From an uncultured Chromatiales bacterium (GTDB taxonomy: Bacteria > Bacteroidota > Ignavibacteria > SZUA-365), in contig CAYLZD010000003.1 in assembly GCA_964388275.1 (NCBI GenBank), positions 52,638 to 116,637 of the forward strand: 64,000 nucleotides of DNA, in the 5' to 3' direction. The number at the start of each line of letters is the position of its first letter. The stretch's first letter is position 1. Under the pieces are notes generated by a model, which was not told where the DNA came from, did not search any database, and was given only the letters and a program-made list of their open reading frames with translations. Both the position numbers and the translations under genes were made by a program. This document shows positions 38,942-48,941 of the stretch, one piece after another.

Positions 38942-40417
38942 TCAGGATGAATTGAGTCGCGGATCGAACGCGTCCCTCAAGCCGTCGCCCAGCAGGTTGA
39001 AGCACACTACTGTGGCTATGATTGCCAGTCCGGGGAAGGACGAGATCCACCAGGCGCGCGCGAGGTGATCCTTGCCTTCGAAGATGATGCTCCCCCAGCT
39101 CGCGGTCGGCTGCTGCACACCGAGGTTCAGGAAACTCAGAGCCGCTTCTATCAGTATCATGCCGCCGATTCGCAGTGTGGCGTTCACGATGACAGGCGTC
39201 AGAACATTCGGAAGGATGTGACGGAAGATGATCCTCGCATGACCGAAGCCCGCCGCCTGGGCAGCCATAACGAAATCGAGTTCACGCACGGATAGCACGT
39301 CCCCCCTGACGAGCCTGGCGACGCCCATCCACGAGGTGAAACCGAGAACGAGCACGATCACCATAATACGCGGGATCGCGACGTCGTCAAGCACGGCGAC
39401 CACAATCAAAATCAGGAATAGTGACGGAAAAGCGAGGAGCACATCCACCGTCCGCATGAGCAAGGTGTCGGCCATCCGGCCGAAATACCCGGAAACCAGG
39501 CCTATGAGCACTCCGAGGGTTATGGACAGCAACACCGCCACGAAACCGATGGACAGTGAAATCCGCGATCCGTACATCAAGCGTGAAAACACATCCCTGC
39601 CGTAGCTGTCCGTGCCGAGAATGAACGTGCGCTGCGTCTTGAATTGTTTCGCTTCAGCCCCCGCCAGAAGGGCGATCGGGATGTGAATGAGTTCATCTCC
39701 CTGAGTCGCGACCACATCCGCTTCCTCCACATGCCAGCCGTCGACAAACATGAGCCGGCGTATGGGATCTTCGAGCAAGGCATTGTTCAATATGAGCAGG
39801 CGTTTCAAAGCCGGCTCATGACGGTCATGGACACGATCGAGAGCGGGACTGACCGACCCGCCTCGAGGCCTGTCGAATACGAGCGCCGTGAGCCGTGTGA
39901 GCGGCGGTTTGTACTGAGTGACCACGCCGTCCTGGAAGCTGTTGGGATTGTAAGGCGACAGGAGCGGGGTCAGCAGGGCGATCGCATACAACACGAACAG
40001 CAGCATCCCCCCCCAGCGTGAAACCGGATTCGCGCGCAGCCGCCTCATTGCTACGGTCCATTCGCTCCCGCTCTCTCCGTCCCTCTCCGATCTCAGGGCC
40101 GCCGCGCTGCGCTTCGAAGCAAAAATCAGCGCGAACGGCAAAGCGACCGCCGTGATCGAAGCCAGCCAGAAATCAGTCACATCAAGGCTGAATATGACCG
40201 AAGAATCGCGCGTGTCGACAATGGCGAGCCAAAGCGACAACAAAAGGGAATAAAGGCTCCGGAATATGGAAATGGCATGCGCCGCGATCACGATCAGGGC
40301 GAGGGCGAAAAACGCCAGGAACACGCTTCCCGCGGCGCGATCCCCGAGCCGGAAAAGAGTAATCCCCGGTATGATATCGGCGATTCCCGCCGCTCCGGCG
40401 CCGTGCTTCGCTCTCAT
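38942..40417 (-). CDS. oppC: oligopeptide/dipeptide ABC transporter permease OppC/DppC with N-terminal TM extension
   Basis: 491 aa with an OppC_N-like extension before the MRRLRANPVSRWGG region and a BPD-transporter core. There is a 4-nt overlap with the upstream oppB. Confidence 0.8.
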   Translation of the reverse strand: MRAKHGAGAAGIADIIPGITLFRLGDRAAGSVFLAFFALALIVIAAHAISIFRSLYSLLLSLWLAIVDTRDSSVIFSLDVTDFWLASITAVALPFALIFASKRSAAALRSERDGESGSEWTVAMRRLRANPVSRWGGMLLFVLYAIALLTPLLSPYNPNSFQDGVVTQYKPPLTRLTALVFDRPRGGSVSPALDRVHDRHEPALKRLLILNNALLEDPIRRLMFVDGWHVEEADVVATQGDELIHIPIALLAGAEAKQFKTQRTFILGTDSYGRDVFSRLMYGSRISLSIGFVAVLLSITLGVLIGLVSGYFGRMADTLLMRTVDVLLAFPSLFLILIVVAVLDDVAIPRIMVIVLVLGFTSWMGVARLVRGDVLSVRELDFVMAAQAAGFGHARIIFRHILPNVLTPVIVNATLRIGGMILIEAALSFLNLGVQQPTASWGSIIFEGKDHLARAWWISSFPGLAIIATVVCFNLLGDGLRDAFDPRLNSS

Positions 40418-41388
40418 CTGTCCCCGCCCAATCTGATGCGCGGATCGAACACCGCGTATAATGTGTCGGCAAGCAGATTGCCCATCACAACCATCACGCC
40501 TGAAATCATCGTGCTGCCGATGATGACCGGATAGTCTCGCATGAAAATCGCGTCGACTGTGATCTTTCCCATGCCCGGCCAGGCGAAAACAGTCTCGACA
40601 ATGACGGCGCCGCCCAACAGGAACGGGAAGGAGAGTCCGAAGAGAGTGATGATGGGCAGCATCGCGTTTTTAAGAGCATGTTTTCCAATCACCACGATTT
40701 CGCTCAGCCCCTTCGCCCTCGCCGCTCGTATATAGTCCTGATGAATGACGTCCAGCATGCTTCCTCTTACGTATCTCGCCGTCGCAGCTGCCGAAGCGAC
40801 TCCGAGCACGGCGACAGGCAGAACCATGTGATGCAGGACGTCCAGAATGTAGCTGTACCAGGGCAGGTAATCGGCGAGAGGAGATTTCATTCCCGATGCC
40901 GGGAAAATCGGCACAGCGAGCGAGAGAGTCAGAATCAGCATCAGGCCGAGCCAGAATTCGGGTATTGAATACACAAACAGCGCCGCGGCATTCACGCCGC
41001 GGTCGAAGCGTGTTCCTCTTTTCAAAGCGGTCGCAACGCCGATCGCGATGCCCAGCAGAAAGTTCACAAGCAAGGCGGCGCCCGCGAGAAGCAATGTTCG
41101 CGGAATCGCCTCGAACAGAATGCGGGAAACCGGCGCATGCTTGGCGAAGGAAATTCCAAAGTCCCCTTTTGCCGCGTTCATGAGCCAGCGCGCATACTGA
41201 ATGTGTATCGGCTGGTCCAGACCGAGTGTCGCCCGCAAATGTTCAGCGTAAGCGGGGTCCGTATCGCGGTCGATATAGAGCGACGTAGGATCGCCGGGCG
41301 CCATCCTGACGATCAGGAAAGTCGCGGTCAGCAGTCCCAGTATCAAAGGGACCGCGTAGGCGAGACGTTTCAGCAGGTACCGAAGCAC
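40414..41388 (-). CDS. oppB: oligopeptide/dipeptide ABC transporter permease OppB/DppB
   Basis: 324 aa starting MLRYLLKRLAYAVPLILGLLTATFLIVRMAPGDP. Confidence 0.85.
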   Translation of the reverse strand: MLRYLLKRLAYAVPLILGLLTATFLIVRMAPGDPTSLYIDRDTDPAYAEHLRATLGLDQPIHIQYARWLMNAAKGDFGISFAKHAPVSRILFEAIPRTLLLAGAALLVNFLLGIAIGVATALKRGTRFDRGVNAAALFVYSIPEFWLGLMLILTLSLAVPIFPASGMKSPLADYLPWYSYILDVLHHMVLPVAVLGVASAAATARYVRGSMLDVIHQDYIRAARAKGLSEIVVIGKHALKNAMLPIITLFGLSFPFLLGGAVIVETVFAWPGMGKITVDAIFMRDYPVIIGSTMISGVMVVMGNLLADTLYAVFDPRIRLGGDR

Positions 41389-41422
41389 GGGCCGTTTCCC
41401 CTTGCGACGGCGCCGGGCCGGA

Positions 41423-43105
41423 TCAGTTCATTGACATCGAGGAGCGAGGGTCGCCTATCTTCCAGTTCCCGATGCCTTCCAAGATTCCCATGGTGCTGAT
41501 GTTCGTCTGTTTCAACCGCCTGTTCACCGCCACGACGTCCTTGATCCAGTACATGAAGGTAAAGGGTTGCGACTGATGCAAAATCGCCTGGATTTCCTTC
41601 CAATACCTGGCCGCCTCCTGTTCGTTGGGAGCGACTTTTCCGAGTTTCAGCAGAGTTGCCACCCGGGCGTTCTGGAAGCCGGCCGTGTTGAACGGATTGC
41701 TGATGTCGCCCCACCTGTCCGACGGATCGATGGCGAGACTGACGTTGAAACCGCCGAACATGGCGTCGAATTCCTTCTTCCGCACGCGCTCATAGAGCAC
41801 GGTCGGTTCAAGAGGAGTGAGATTGACGATGATGCCCAGTTGCTTGAGATTTTCCTGCACAACAGTTGCGGCATAAAGACGGCGGGAGTTGCCGGCCCCG
41901 TAGAGCAATTGAAACTCGAAACGGGTTCCCTGCCTATCGAGCACGCCGTCGCCGTCGGTGTCCCGCCAGCCGGCTTCGTTGAGAAGTTTGCGCGCGCGGT
42001 CCGGATCGTAAGGGTACGGCCTCAAATCGTAATTTATGGCCCAGCGGAAAAGGGGAGAGAAATCGGACACGGCCAGCTCTCCGTAAGCGCCGAGCCGCGA
42101 GTCCAGTATCGCCTTCCTGTTGATGCCGTAGGTAAGGGCCTGACGAACTCGCTGGTCGCCGAACATCCGGTGCGGAAGGAGCGTCTTTCCGCCCGACTTG
42201 TTGTACTCAGCGAAATCGATGTTCGCCCATGCGATATAATCGTACTGGCGAGGGGGAAGGGTCTCCAGCCTGATGTCCTTGTAGCTGTCCTGCAATTCCT
42301 TGATGTCCTCGAGGTACACCGGCCACATGAGGTCTATCGTTCCCTTTTTCAACTCGGTTAACCGTGTTGTGGATTCCTGTATGATGCGGAACACAATGCG
42401 TTCGAGTCTGGAGGGTCCGGGGAAGGTGCACTTCAGGTTCGAAGCGAGAACGATGTCCTGGTGCGGCACCCATTTCTCGAATTTGAAAGGCCCTGCGCTG
42501 AGCGGCTTGGAATTGGCGGGATGCGTTCGGATGGAAGCCCTGTCCACATCTTTGAAAATATGCTTCGGTATCGGCGGGATGGTGAGATGGAATAGCTGCT
42601 CGGGATAGGTCGTCGAGAAATGGAAAATCATCGTGGTGTCGTCGAGGATCTCAATGCTCTTGTCGACATCGAAATTGCCGTCCGTGGAGATCATGTTGTC
42701 GACGTAGTAACGGTTCGGACTCGCGACCAACGGATCTCCCACCAGGGAGTAGGTGAATTTGATGTCCTCGGGCGAGAGCAGGACGCCGTTCTCCCAACGA
42801 ACGTCATTCCTTATGACCAGCTTCACATCAAGGCCTTTGTTTAGGAATTCCCACCGGCGCACCAGCGCGGGTTGATAGATCAGCTTGCCCTGTATCATGT
42901 CGAAGGTCAGCTCGAACATCTGCGGATACAGGGCATACTGCACTTCGGAGGAAATAGCCGAGCTGGTGATCACAGGATTGAAGCTTTCAATATCGCCTGT
43001 AAGAGCCACAACGGCGGTGTTCTCCATACCGGCGGGGCCGGATTTCCCGCATGAAAGGCTCAATATGCTGAGCAGTGCGAACACCGGTAATAATCGCGCG
43101 GACAT
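41423..43105 (-). CDS. ABC transporter substrate-binding lipoprotein, peptide/nickel family (SBP family 5)
   Basis: 560 aa with a signal peptide plus lipobox LSCG and a family-5 SBP fold. Confidence 0.85.
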   Translation of the reverse strand: MSARLLPVFALLSILSLSCGKSGPAGMENTAVVALTGDIESFNPVITSSAISSEVQYALYPQMFELTFDMIQGKLIYQPALVRRWEFLNKGLDVKLVIRNDVRWENGVLLSPEDIKFTYSLVGDPLVASPNRYYVDNMISTDGNFDVDKSIEILDDTTMIFHFSTTYPEQLFHLTIPPIPKHIFKDVDRASIRTHPANSKPLSAGPFKFEKWVPHQDIVLASNLKCTFPGPSRLERIVFRIIQESTTRLTELKKGTIDLMWPVYLEDIKELQDSYKDIRLETLPPRQYDYIAWANIDFAEYNKSGGKTLLPHRMFGDQRVRQALTYGINRKAILDSRLGAYGELAVSDFSPLFRWAINYDLRPYPYDPDRARKLLNEAGWRDTDGDGVLDRQGTRFEFQLLYGAGNSRRLYAATVVQENLKQLGIIVNLTPLEPTVLYERVRKKEFDAMFGGFNVSLAIDPSDRWGDISNPFNTAGFQNARVATLLKLGKVAPNEQEAARYWKEIQAILHQSQPFTFMYWIKDVVAVNRRLKQTNISTMGILEGIGNWKIGDPRSSMSMN

Positions 43106-43270
43106 GACTGCCTCCTGAGAAGGTAGGGTGTTGGATCCTTGACTTTTTGAGCGAGACGCGCGGAACGCGTCTCCTTAAAGATTCGTAAAAGAACATTGAA
43201 AAGCAACTCCGGACGTCGCATCGCGGGCTGAACGGCTTCTCTCGCCGCCATTGCGGCCTGTCGCCCCGGA

Positions 43271-44308
43271 CTACTCGAAATCGTGCTCCAGCCAGTCGAT
43301 CATGGGATCTGAAGATTCGTCTGCATCAGCCTTTTTCTCAAGAAGTTCCTGGAGTCGCCTGGAAAACAACTGCGCCGAGTCGTGCCCGTAATGCTTGAGA
43401 AGGTAATTCAGGGCTATTACCTCCGTTATTACTGTGACGTTCTTTCCGGGGAAAATGGGAAGCCTAACTCTGGGCACCGACACGCCGAGTATCGAAAGTT
43501 CCTCCGCATCCAGTCCCGTGCGAGTGTAATCGGTCACGTCGTTCCACTCCTCGAGCTGCACGATGATCTCGATGCGCTTCTGAAAACGGATGGACCTGAT
43601 GCCGAAAATGCTCTGTATGTCGATCAATCCCAGACCGCGGACCTCCATGAAATGCTTGACGAGGGAGCTTCCCGATCCCATCAGTATCCCCTCTCCCTTG
43701 CGGATCGCCATCACCACGTCGTCGGCCACCAGCCGGTGTCCTCTCTCCACGAGGTCCAGGGCTATCTCGCTCTTTCCGATGCCTGAACGGCCGATGAACA
43801 ACACCCCGATGCCGTATACATCGACGAATGCTCCGTGGACAATGGTCTTGGGGGCGAACTGGTCGTCCAGGAAATCCCCGAGAAAATAGACGGCCTTGGT
43901 CGTCTCATGCCTGGTCGTGAACACCGGCACCTGGTTTTCGGTGGCGATGGCGAGAAGGTCATCGTCGAGGGTGTTGCCGGCCGTCACGACCATGCAAGGC
44001 AAGGGAAAGGCCAGCAGGCGTTGAAAAGCGCTGGTCCTGCGAGCGGGTTTTCGTGAGCGCAGGTAGTTGATCTCGGTGTTTCCCAGCACCTGGACCCTGT
44101 GATACGTGTACAATTTCACGTAGCCCGCCAGCGCGAGTCCGGGACGGTGCAGATTCTTGTCCGTAATTTCACGTTCGCTTTTTTCCAGCCCGTTCGCTGA
44201 TTTCAACGACAGTCTAGTGCGGTTTTTTTCGTACAGCGTCCTGACGGTTATGCTTTTCTTCGTCGCTTCCTTCAGATCGGAAAACGGATTCTCTGAGTTG
44301 TATTTCAT
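43271..44308 (-). CDS. hprK: HPr kinase/phosphorylase
   Basis: 345 aa with Walker A GRSGIGKSE and the HprK/P C-terminal catalytic domain. Confidence 0.85.
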   Translation of the reverse strand: MKYNSENPFSDLKEATKKSITVRTLYEKNRTRLSLKSANGLEKSEREITDKNLHRPGLALAGYVKLYTYHRVQVLGNTEINYLRSRKPARRTSAFQRLLAFPLPCMVVTAGNTLDDDLLAIATENQVPVFTTRHETTKAVYFLGDFLDDQFAPKTIVHGAFVDVYGIGVLFIGRSGIGKSEIALDLVERGHRLVADDVVMAIRKGEGILMGSGSSLVKHFMEVRGLGLIDIQSIFGIRSIRFQKRIEIIVQLEEWNDVTDYTRTGLDAEELSILGVSVPRVRLPIFPGKNVTVITEVIALNYLLKHYGHDSAQLFSRRLQELLEKKADADESSDPMIDWLEHDFE

Positions 44309-44387
44309 TTGCGCTTCTTCTTTTTATGAGAAGGGCGGACCTTACGGCCCGCCCGAAAAAAGTGAGCACCGGCAAGCGGGCGTCTCT

Positions 44388-44684
44388 TCAGGCTCCCCTG
44401 CGTTTGCCCTTGTATTTAAGGAGTTGCCGCTCCAATTTAAGCACGGCGTTGTCTATGGACTTGTAGAAGTTGTCGGATTTCTCGATGGCGACGAGATTCG
44501 CGCCGAAAACCGACAGGTTGATCTCCGCGATCTTAACGGAGTCCTTCACTTTCTCGAATCGAAGAATCACGTTGCCGGTCACGATGCCGTCATAGTACTT
44601 TTTGAGCGTGGAAACCTGTGAGAGAGCGTACTCCTTCAGGCCGTCGTGAGCTTTGAAATGGCGCGCTGTGAATTGTACGTTCAT
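44388..44684 (-). CDS. hpf: ribosome hibernation promoting factor (short HPF/RaiA)
   Basis: 98 aa, MNVQFTARHFKAHDGLKEYALSQV..., the sigma-54 modulation protein fold. The start overlaps the xer stop. Confidence 0.8.
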   Translation of the reverse strand: MNVQFTARHFKAHDGLKEYALSQVSTLKKYYDGIVTGNVILRFEKVKDSVKIAEINLSVFGANLVAIEKSDNFYKSIDNAVLKLERQLLKYKGKRRGA

Positions 44685-45628
44685 GGCGTGACTCCTTCCT
44701 TGTAACGGGGAATAATATATGAACGCGGGTGGGCTGCCTCGTACACCCGTTTGAGATGTTCGGTTGAAACATGCGTATATATCTGCGTCGTGGAAAGACT
44801 CTCGTGACCCAGCAGTTCCCTGACGGCCTCCAGATCCGCCCCCCTGTCGAGCATATGCGTGGCGAAAGTGTGCCGCAACACATGAGGACTGCATTTCACC
44901 TGGCCTTCGATGCCCGAGAGCATTTTCGTGACGATCGAGTGGACACCGCGGGCGGACAGTCTTCCGCCCCTCACGTTCAGGAACACCGCCGACTCGTCTC
45001 TGGTTTTGCCTTGCGCGTCGAATCTGCGGTGGACGGCCTCCCGCCAATTATCGAGAGCCGCGCGGGCCTGCGCGCCGATCGGAACAATTCTCTCCTTGCG
45101 GCGTTTTCCGAGGACCCTGATCATTCCGCCCGGCAGATTGACGGCGTCCCAGTTCAAGGCCACCAGTTCTGCGAGTCGTATCCCGGCGCCGTAGAAAACC
45201 TCGAGCAAGGCCGCGGCTCTGGCGCCATCGAAGGACGACTTGTCGGGCAGGTCCAGCAAGTCCGCCAAAGCCCTCTGCTCAACATAAGCGGGCAGTGTCC
45301 GCTCCAGCTTCAGGGATCGGATATGCTCGGCCGGATTAGTCCGCATATGTCCTCTCAGCACGGAAAAAGCGAAGCAGGAACGGAGTGCGGCGAGTTTTCT
45401 GGACACGGTTCTGCGTGAGTATCCGTCGTCTATCAAGCGCGCCAGATACTCCCGGATCGTATCGCGATCCACTCCGTCCGCGTCCACTTCTTCAATGGAG
45501 AACGACGTCTTCAGCCATTCCGAGAAATGCCGCAGGTCGGCGCCATAAGACCTCAGAGTATGCGGCGAGGCGTTTCTCTCCGCGGACAGGTATTCAAGAA
45601 AGAGCGCGATGATCGCCCGCATTCGCAT
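44681..45628 (-). CDS. xerC: tyrosine recombinase XerC/XerD
   Basis: 315 aa with catalytic R...HxxR...Y residues (HVLRHTFATHMLDRGADL, QIYTHV). The context is housekeeping rather than mobile. Confidence 0.85.
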   Translation of the reverse strand: MRMRAIIALFLEYLSAERNASPHTLRSYGADLRHFSEWLKTSFSIEEVDADGVDRDTIREYLARLIDDGYSRRTVSRKLAALRSCFAFSVLRGHMRTNPAEHIRSLKLERTLPAYVEQRALADLLDLPDKSSFDGARAAALLEVFYGAGIRLAELVALNWDAVNLPGGMIRVLGKRRKERIVPIGAQARAALDNWREAVHRRFDAQGKTRDESAVFLNVRGGRLSARGVHSIVTKMLSGIEGQVKCSPHVLRHTFATHMLDRGADLEAVRELLGHESLSTTQIYTHVSTEHLKRVYEAAHPRSYIIPRYKEGVTP

Positions 45629-45633
45629 CCGGA

Positions 45634-47889
45634 TCAGGCTGCAACAAACATCGGGTCAAAGGGTTCAAGGTCGAGCGTAAAGTCCTCCTTGCATTTCGGA
45701 CACTTAAGGTACTCGCCTTTTTTCTGCGTGAACTTATGAAGAAGATAATCATTTTTACATTTGGGACAAGGCGTGGCCTTGAGCCGTTCCCAGGAGACGA
45801 AATCACACTCCGGATACCGTGTGCACCCATAGAAGGTCCTTTTCGTTTTCGATGTCCGCGCCGCGATCTCGCCTTCTCCGCAGCGTGGACAGCGTATCCC
45901 GAGTGTGACAGGCCGGGTGAATCTGCATTCCGGATAATTCGAACAACCGATGAATTTGCCGTAGCGGCTCTGTTTGAGAAGCAGTGGGTGGCCGCAGGAC
46001 GGGCATTTTTCGTCGATTTTCATTTTCTCCGCATCCTCGGGCAGCGGTTTGGCGTTGCGGCATTCAGGATACCCGCTGCAAGCCAGGAACTTGCCGTTGC
46101 GCCCCCAACGGATGATCATGGGCCGGCCGCATTTATCGCACTTGTCATCGGTCTGTTCCATCAAACGGGCTTTCTCGGGCGACACGCTGCCCAGAAGTTC
46201 GATAAAAGGCCCGTAAAAGTCGTTCAGCACTTTCAGATAGGTGGCCTCTCCCGACGCGATCGTATCCAGCTCCAGTTCCATTTGCGCCGTGAACGCGGCG
46301 TTGAAAAGCGAAGAGAAATACTGTTGAAGCAGCTTGTTGACGTCCATTCCGAGCGTCGTGGCATACAGGCGCCGCTCTTTCTGCTCCACGTATCCCCTCT
46401 CCTGAACGGTGCTGACAATCAGCGCGTAGGTGCTCGGACGTCCGATTCCCTGCGCCTCCAATTCGCGGACCAGGCTGCTTTCGGTAAAGCGGGGCGGCGG
46501 CTTGGTGAAATGCTGGTGCTGGTCGAGAGACCTGGGCTTGACGGAATCACCCGCCGACAGCCCTTCCGGGAAATCGGAAAACTCCTCGTCCGCATCGCCG
46601 TTCTGCGATTCCGGCTCGAAGTCGTCATACACCTGGAGGAAGCCTCTGTATGTGTAAACTGACCCGACGCTGCGAAACTGGTACGGCCCGCCTTCGACCA
46701 GCACCGTGGTCTGCTGCATGCGCGCCGCCTCCATTTGGCTTGCCACGAAGCGTTTCCAGACCAACTCGTAGAGCGCGTACTGTTCGGCCGTCAGGTATTT
46801 TTTCACCTTCCGCGGAGTATTCTCCATGGACGTAGGCCTGATGGCCTCGTGGGCATCCTGAGCCGATGCCTTGACGCGGAAGACGCGGGGTTCCGCCGGC
46901 AGCGCTTCCTTGCCGTACCGGCTCAGGATATGCTCCCTGACGGCATCCAGCGCTTCCTTGCTCACGCGTGTCGAATCGGTGCGCATGTATGTGATCAATC
47001 CGGCCGATCCCTCATCACCGAGTTCGACGCCTTCGTATAACTGCTGAGCGACAATCATCGTCCGCTTCGCCGAGAAACGGAGTCTGTTCGACGCTTCCTG
47101 CTGCATTGTACTCGTAATGAAGGCCGCCGGGGGAGTTCGGGATATTTCCCTTTTCTGAATGTCGGATATGGCGTATTGTTCCCGCTTCAGGAGATCGAGC
47201 AGCGAGTCGGCAGCCTCACGGTCCGGGATTTCCGGGTCCTTGCCGTCGATCTTCACCAGTTTCGCGTGGAATTGCCCGTCCTCGGGTTTCTCGAACTCTC
47301 CTGTGATGGACCAGTATTCCCGCACGACAAAGGACTTTATCTCCTCCTCCCTCTCGCAGATGAAGCGCAGCGCCACCGATTGCACACGCCCGGCCGAGAG
47401 CCCCTTGTAGATCGTCTTCCAGAGAAATGGACTGACTTTATATCCCACCAGACGGTCCATCACTCGGCGAGCTTGCTGCGCCAGGACCATCCGTTCGTCG
47501 ATTCGCCTCGGATTGGACATGGCCTCGCGGACGCCCGTTTTGGTGATCTCCGTGAAGAGGATCCGATGGATCGGCTTGCCGGCTTCCTTCAGGGAGATCT
47601 CCTTCGCGATATGATGGGCGATGGCCTCGCCCTCGCGGTCGGGGTCGGTTGCGATATATATGGAGGAGGCGCTGCGCGCCCTGGTTTGAAGATTCTTGAT
47701 TACCTGGGTTTTGCCTCGTATCGTCACATAACGCGGTTCGAAGTCATTCTCGACATCGACTCCAAGGTCGTTCGATGGAAGATTCTTGATATGACCGACC
47801 GTCGCCTCGACTATATAGTCTTTGCCAAGATACTTATTGATTGTCTTCGCTTTGGAAGGAGATTCGACGATTACTAATGAATGTGCCAT
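45634..47889 (-). CDS. topA: DNA topoisomerase I
   Basis: 751 aa with a TOPRIM domain, the active-site Tyr region, and four C-terminal C4 zinc ribbons. Confidence 0.9.
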   Translation of the reverse strand: MAHSLVIVESPSKAKTINKYLGKDYIVEATVGHIKNLPSNDLGVDVENDFEPRYVTIRGKTQVIKNLQTRARSASSIYIATDPDREGEAIAHHIAKEISLKEAGKPIHRILFTEITKTGVREAMSNPRRIDERMVLAQQARRVMDRLVGYKVSPFLWKTIYKGLSAGRVQSVALRFICEREEEIKSFVVREYWSITGEFEKPEDGQFHAKLVKIDGKDPEIPDREAADSLLDLLKREQYAISDIQKREISRTPPAAFITSTMQQEASNRLRFSAKRTMIVAQQLYEGVELGDEGSAGLITYMRTDSTRVSKEALDAVREHILSRYGKEALPAEPRVFRVKASAQDAHEAIRPTSMENTPRKVKKYLTAEQYALYELVWKRFVASQMEAARMQQTTVLVEGGPYQFRSVGSVYTYRGFLQVYDDFEPESQNGDADEEFSDFPEGLSAGDSVKPRSLDQHQHFTKPPPRFTESSLVRELEAQGIGRPSTYALIVSTVQERGYVEQKERRLYATTLGMDVNKLLQQYFSSLFNAAFTAQMELELDTIASGEATYLKVLNDFYGPFIELLGSVSPEKARLMEQTDDKCDKCGRPMIIRWGRNGKFLACSGYPECRNAKPLPEDAEKMKIDEKCPSCGHPLLLKQSRYGKFIGCSNYPECRFTRPVTLGIRCPRCGEGEIAARTSKTKRTFYGCTRYPECDFVSWERLKATPCPKCKNDYLLHKFTQKKGEYLKCPKCKEDFTLDLEPFDPMFVAA

Positions 47890-47987
47890 GCTGTAGGTTT
47901 CGGTGCTCGTTCTTCAGAGAACGCCGGACCCGGGAGGTTCGGGTCCGCGAATAGTCCCTTTGTGAACGTGTTGCGGGTCTGCGCCCG

Positions 47988-48446
47988 TCAGTGAATAGTA
48001 TCCTTGCTGTTGAGCATCAGCCTGCTGCCCACCCGGTCGGAATCATCATAGTCGAACATGATGGAAGCGGCGATGGTTTTCATCTCCGGCACGCCGACGC
48101 TGCCGAAGCCGGCCATCATAATGCGATCGATGGCCAGTTCCACCTCCATGTCGTCCAGCAGGCCCAATTCGCGCAATTGTATCAGATAACCGTGCGCGTC
48201 CGGAGTGATGACCCCCCGTTCGGAGTCGTGCAGTATTCGATGAGAATGATCCGAAAATATCTTTTCCTCGGACAGGAGGTTCTCGCCGAGGTTTATTTTG
48301 TCGAACAGCCAGCTGAAAGCCGTGCTGATCTCGTTGTCCGTGTATCCATGCTCGGACAATATGCTGAGATCGATCTCGCCGAGGCGTTTGTCATGCCTCA
48401 TTTCATGGATGAGAAATACGATTATTTCAACGATTTTTTCCTGCAT
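47988..48446 (-). CDS. smg: Smg protein (DUF494)
   Basis: 152-aa acidic protein, MQEKIVEIIVFLIHEMRHDKRLGEIDLSILSEHGYTDNEISTAFSWLFDKI, resembling E. coli Smg and sitting next to topA as in the enterobacterial smf-smg-topA locus. Confidence 0.65.
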   Translation of the reverse strand: MQEKIVEIIVFLIHEMRHDKRLGEIDLSILSEHGYTDNEISTAFSWLFDKINLGENLLSEEKIFSDHSHRILHDSERGVITPDAHGYLIQLRELGLLDDMEVELAIDRIMMAGFGSVGVPEMKTIAASIMFDYDDSDRVGSRLMLNSKDTIH

Positions 48447-48506
48447 TTCGGTTTTTCTTCAATCATTCTCCCGGAAAATGTAGACTATCCGCAAAGCAAT
48501 GTCAAG

Positions 48507-48941
48507 TCAGCTTCGCGTCCTCAGCTTCCGAAAAGCAATTTGCAGGTATTTGTCTTCCTTATCCTTCATGGCTTTACGCTCGAGAGGAGTGGCGTCAGAA
48601 TAACCGCATGCGTGCAACGCCCCGTGTATGGCCAGCCGCATGAACTCCTCGACCACAGGCGCCCTGTATTCCCTTGCCTGCTCACGCGCCGCGTCTGCGC
48701 TGATGTAGATCTCGGCCTCGATCTCGCCCGGTTCGCCGAGCGGAAACGTGATAACATCCGTGTCCTCGTCGCTTCCGAGATACTCTCTGTGGAGACGGCG
48801 CAATTCGCTTCCTTCGACCACGACGATGCCGACACGGGCGCGCTTTGCGCCTTCGCCCGACAGCGCTGTTTTGCAGGCCTTTTCGAGCGCGACCCGGCCT
48901 ATTCGTCCCGTCGGCGCCGCGAAGGCAACCGTCACCTTCAC
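48507..48941 (-). CDS. ybeY: endoribonuclease YbeY (rRNA maturation factor)
   Basis: HGALHACGYSD zinc-binding motif. A GTG start at 48941 overlaps the upstream stop (GTGA); the track ORF extends spuriously to 49094. Confidence 0.75.
   Translation of the reverse strand: MKVTVAFAAPTGRIGRVALEKACKTALSGEGAKRARVGIVVVEGSELRRLHREYLGSDEDTDVITFPLGEPGEIEAEIYISADAAREQAREYRAPVVEEFMRLAIHGALHACGYSDATPLERKAMKDKEDKYLQIAFRKLRTRS

Noticed and set aside
44318-44360. GC-rich hairpin between hpf and hprK considered as a terminator
   Set aside because: On both strands the T-run precedes the stem rather than following it, so it does not fit an intrinsic terminator. It is kept only as a possible structured 5' UTR element.
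44681-45628. XerC/XerD-family tyrosine recombinase as a possible integrase or mobile element marker
   Set aside because: It sits in a tightly packed housekeeping array (topA upstream, hpf downstream, 4-nt overlaps). There is no flanking tRNA, direct repeats or cargo genes, so it is most likely the chromosomal dimer-resolution recombinase.
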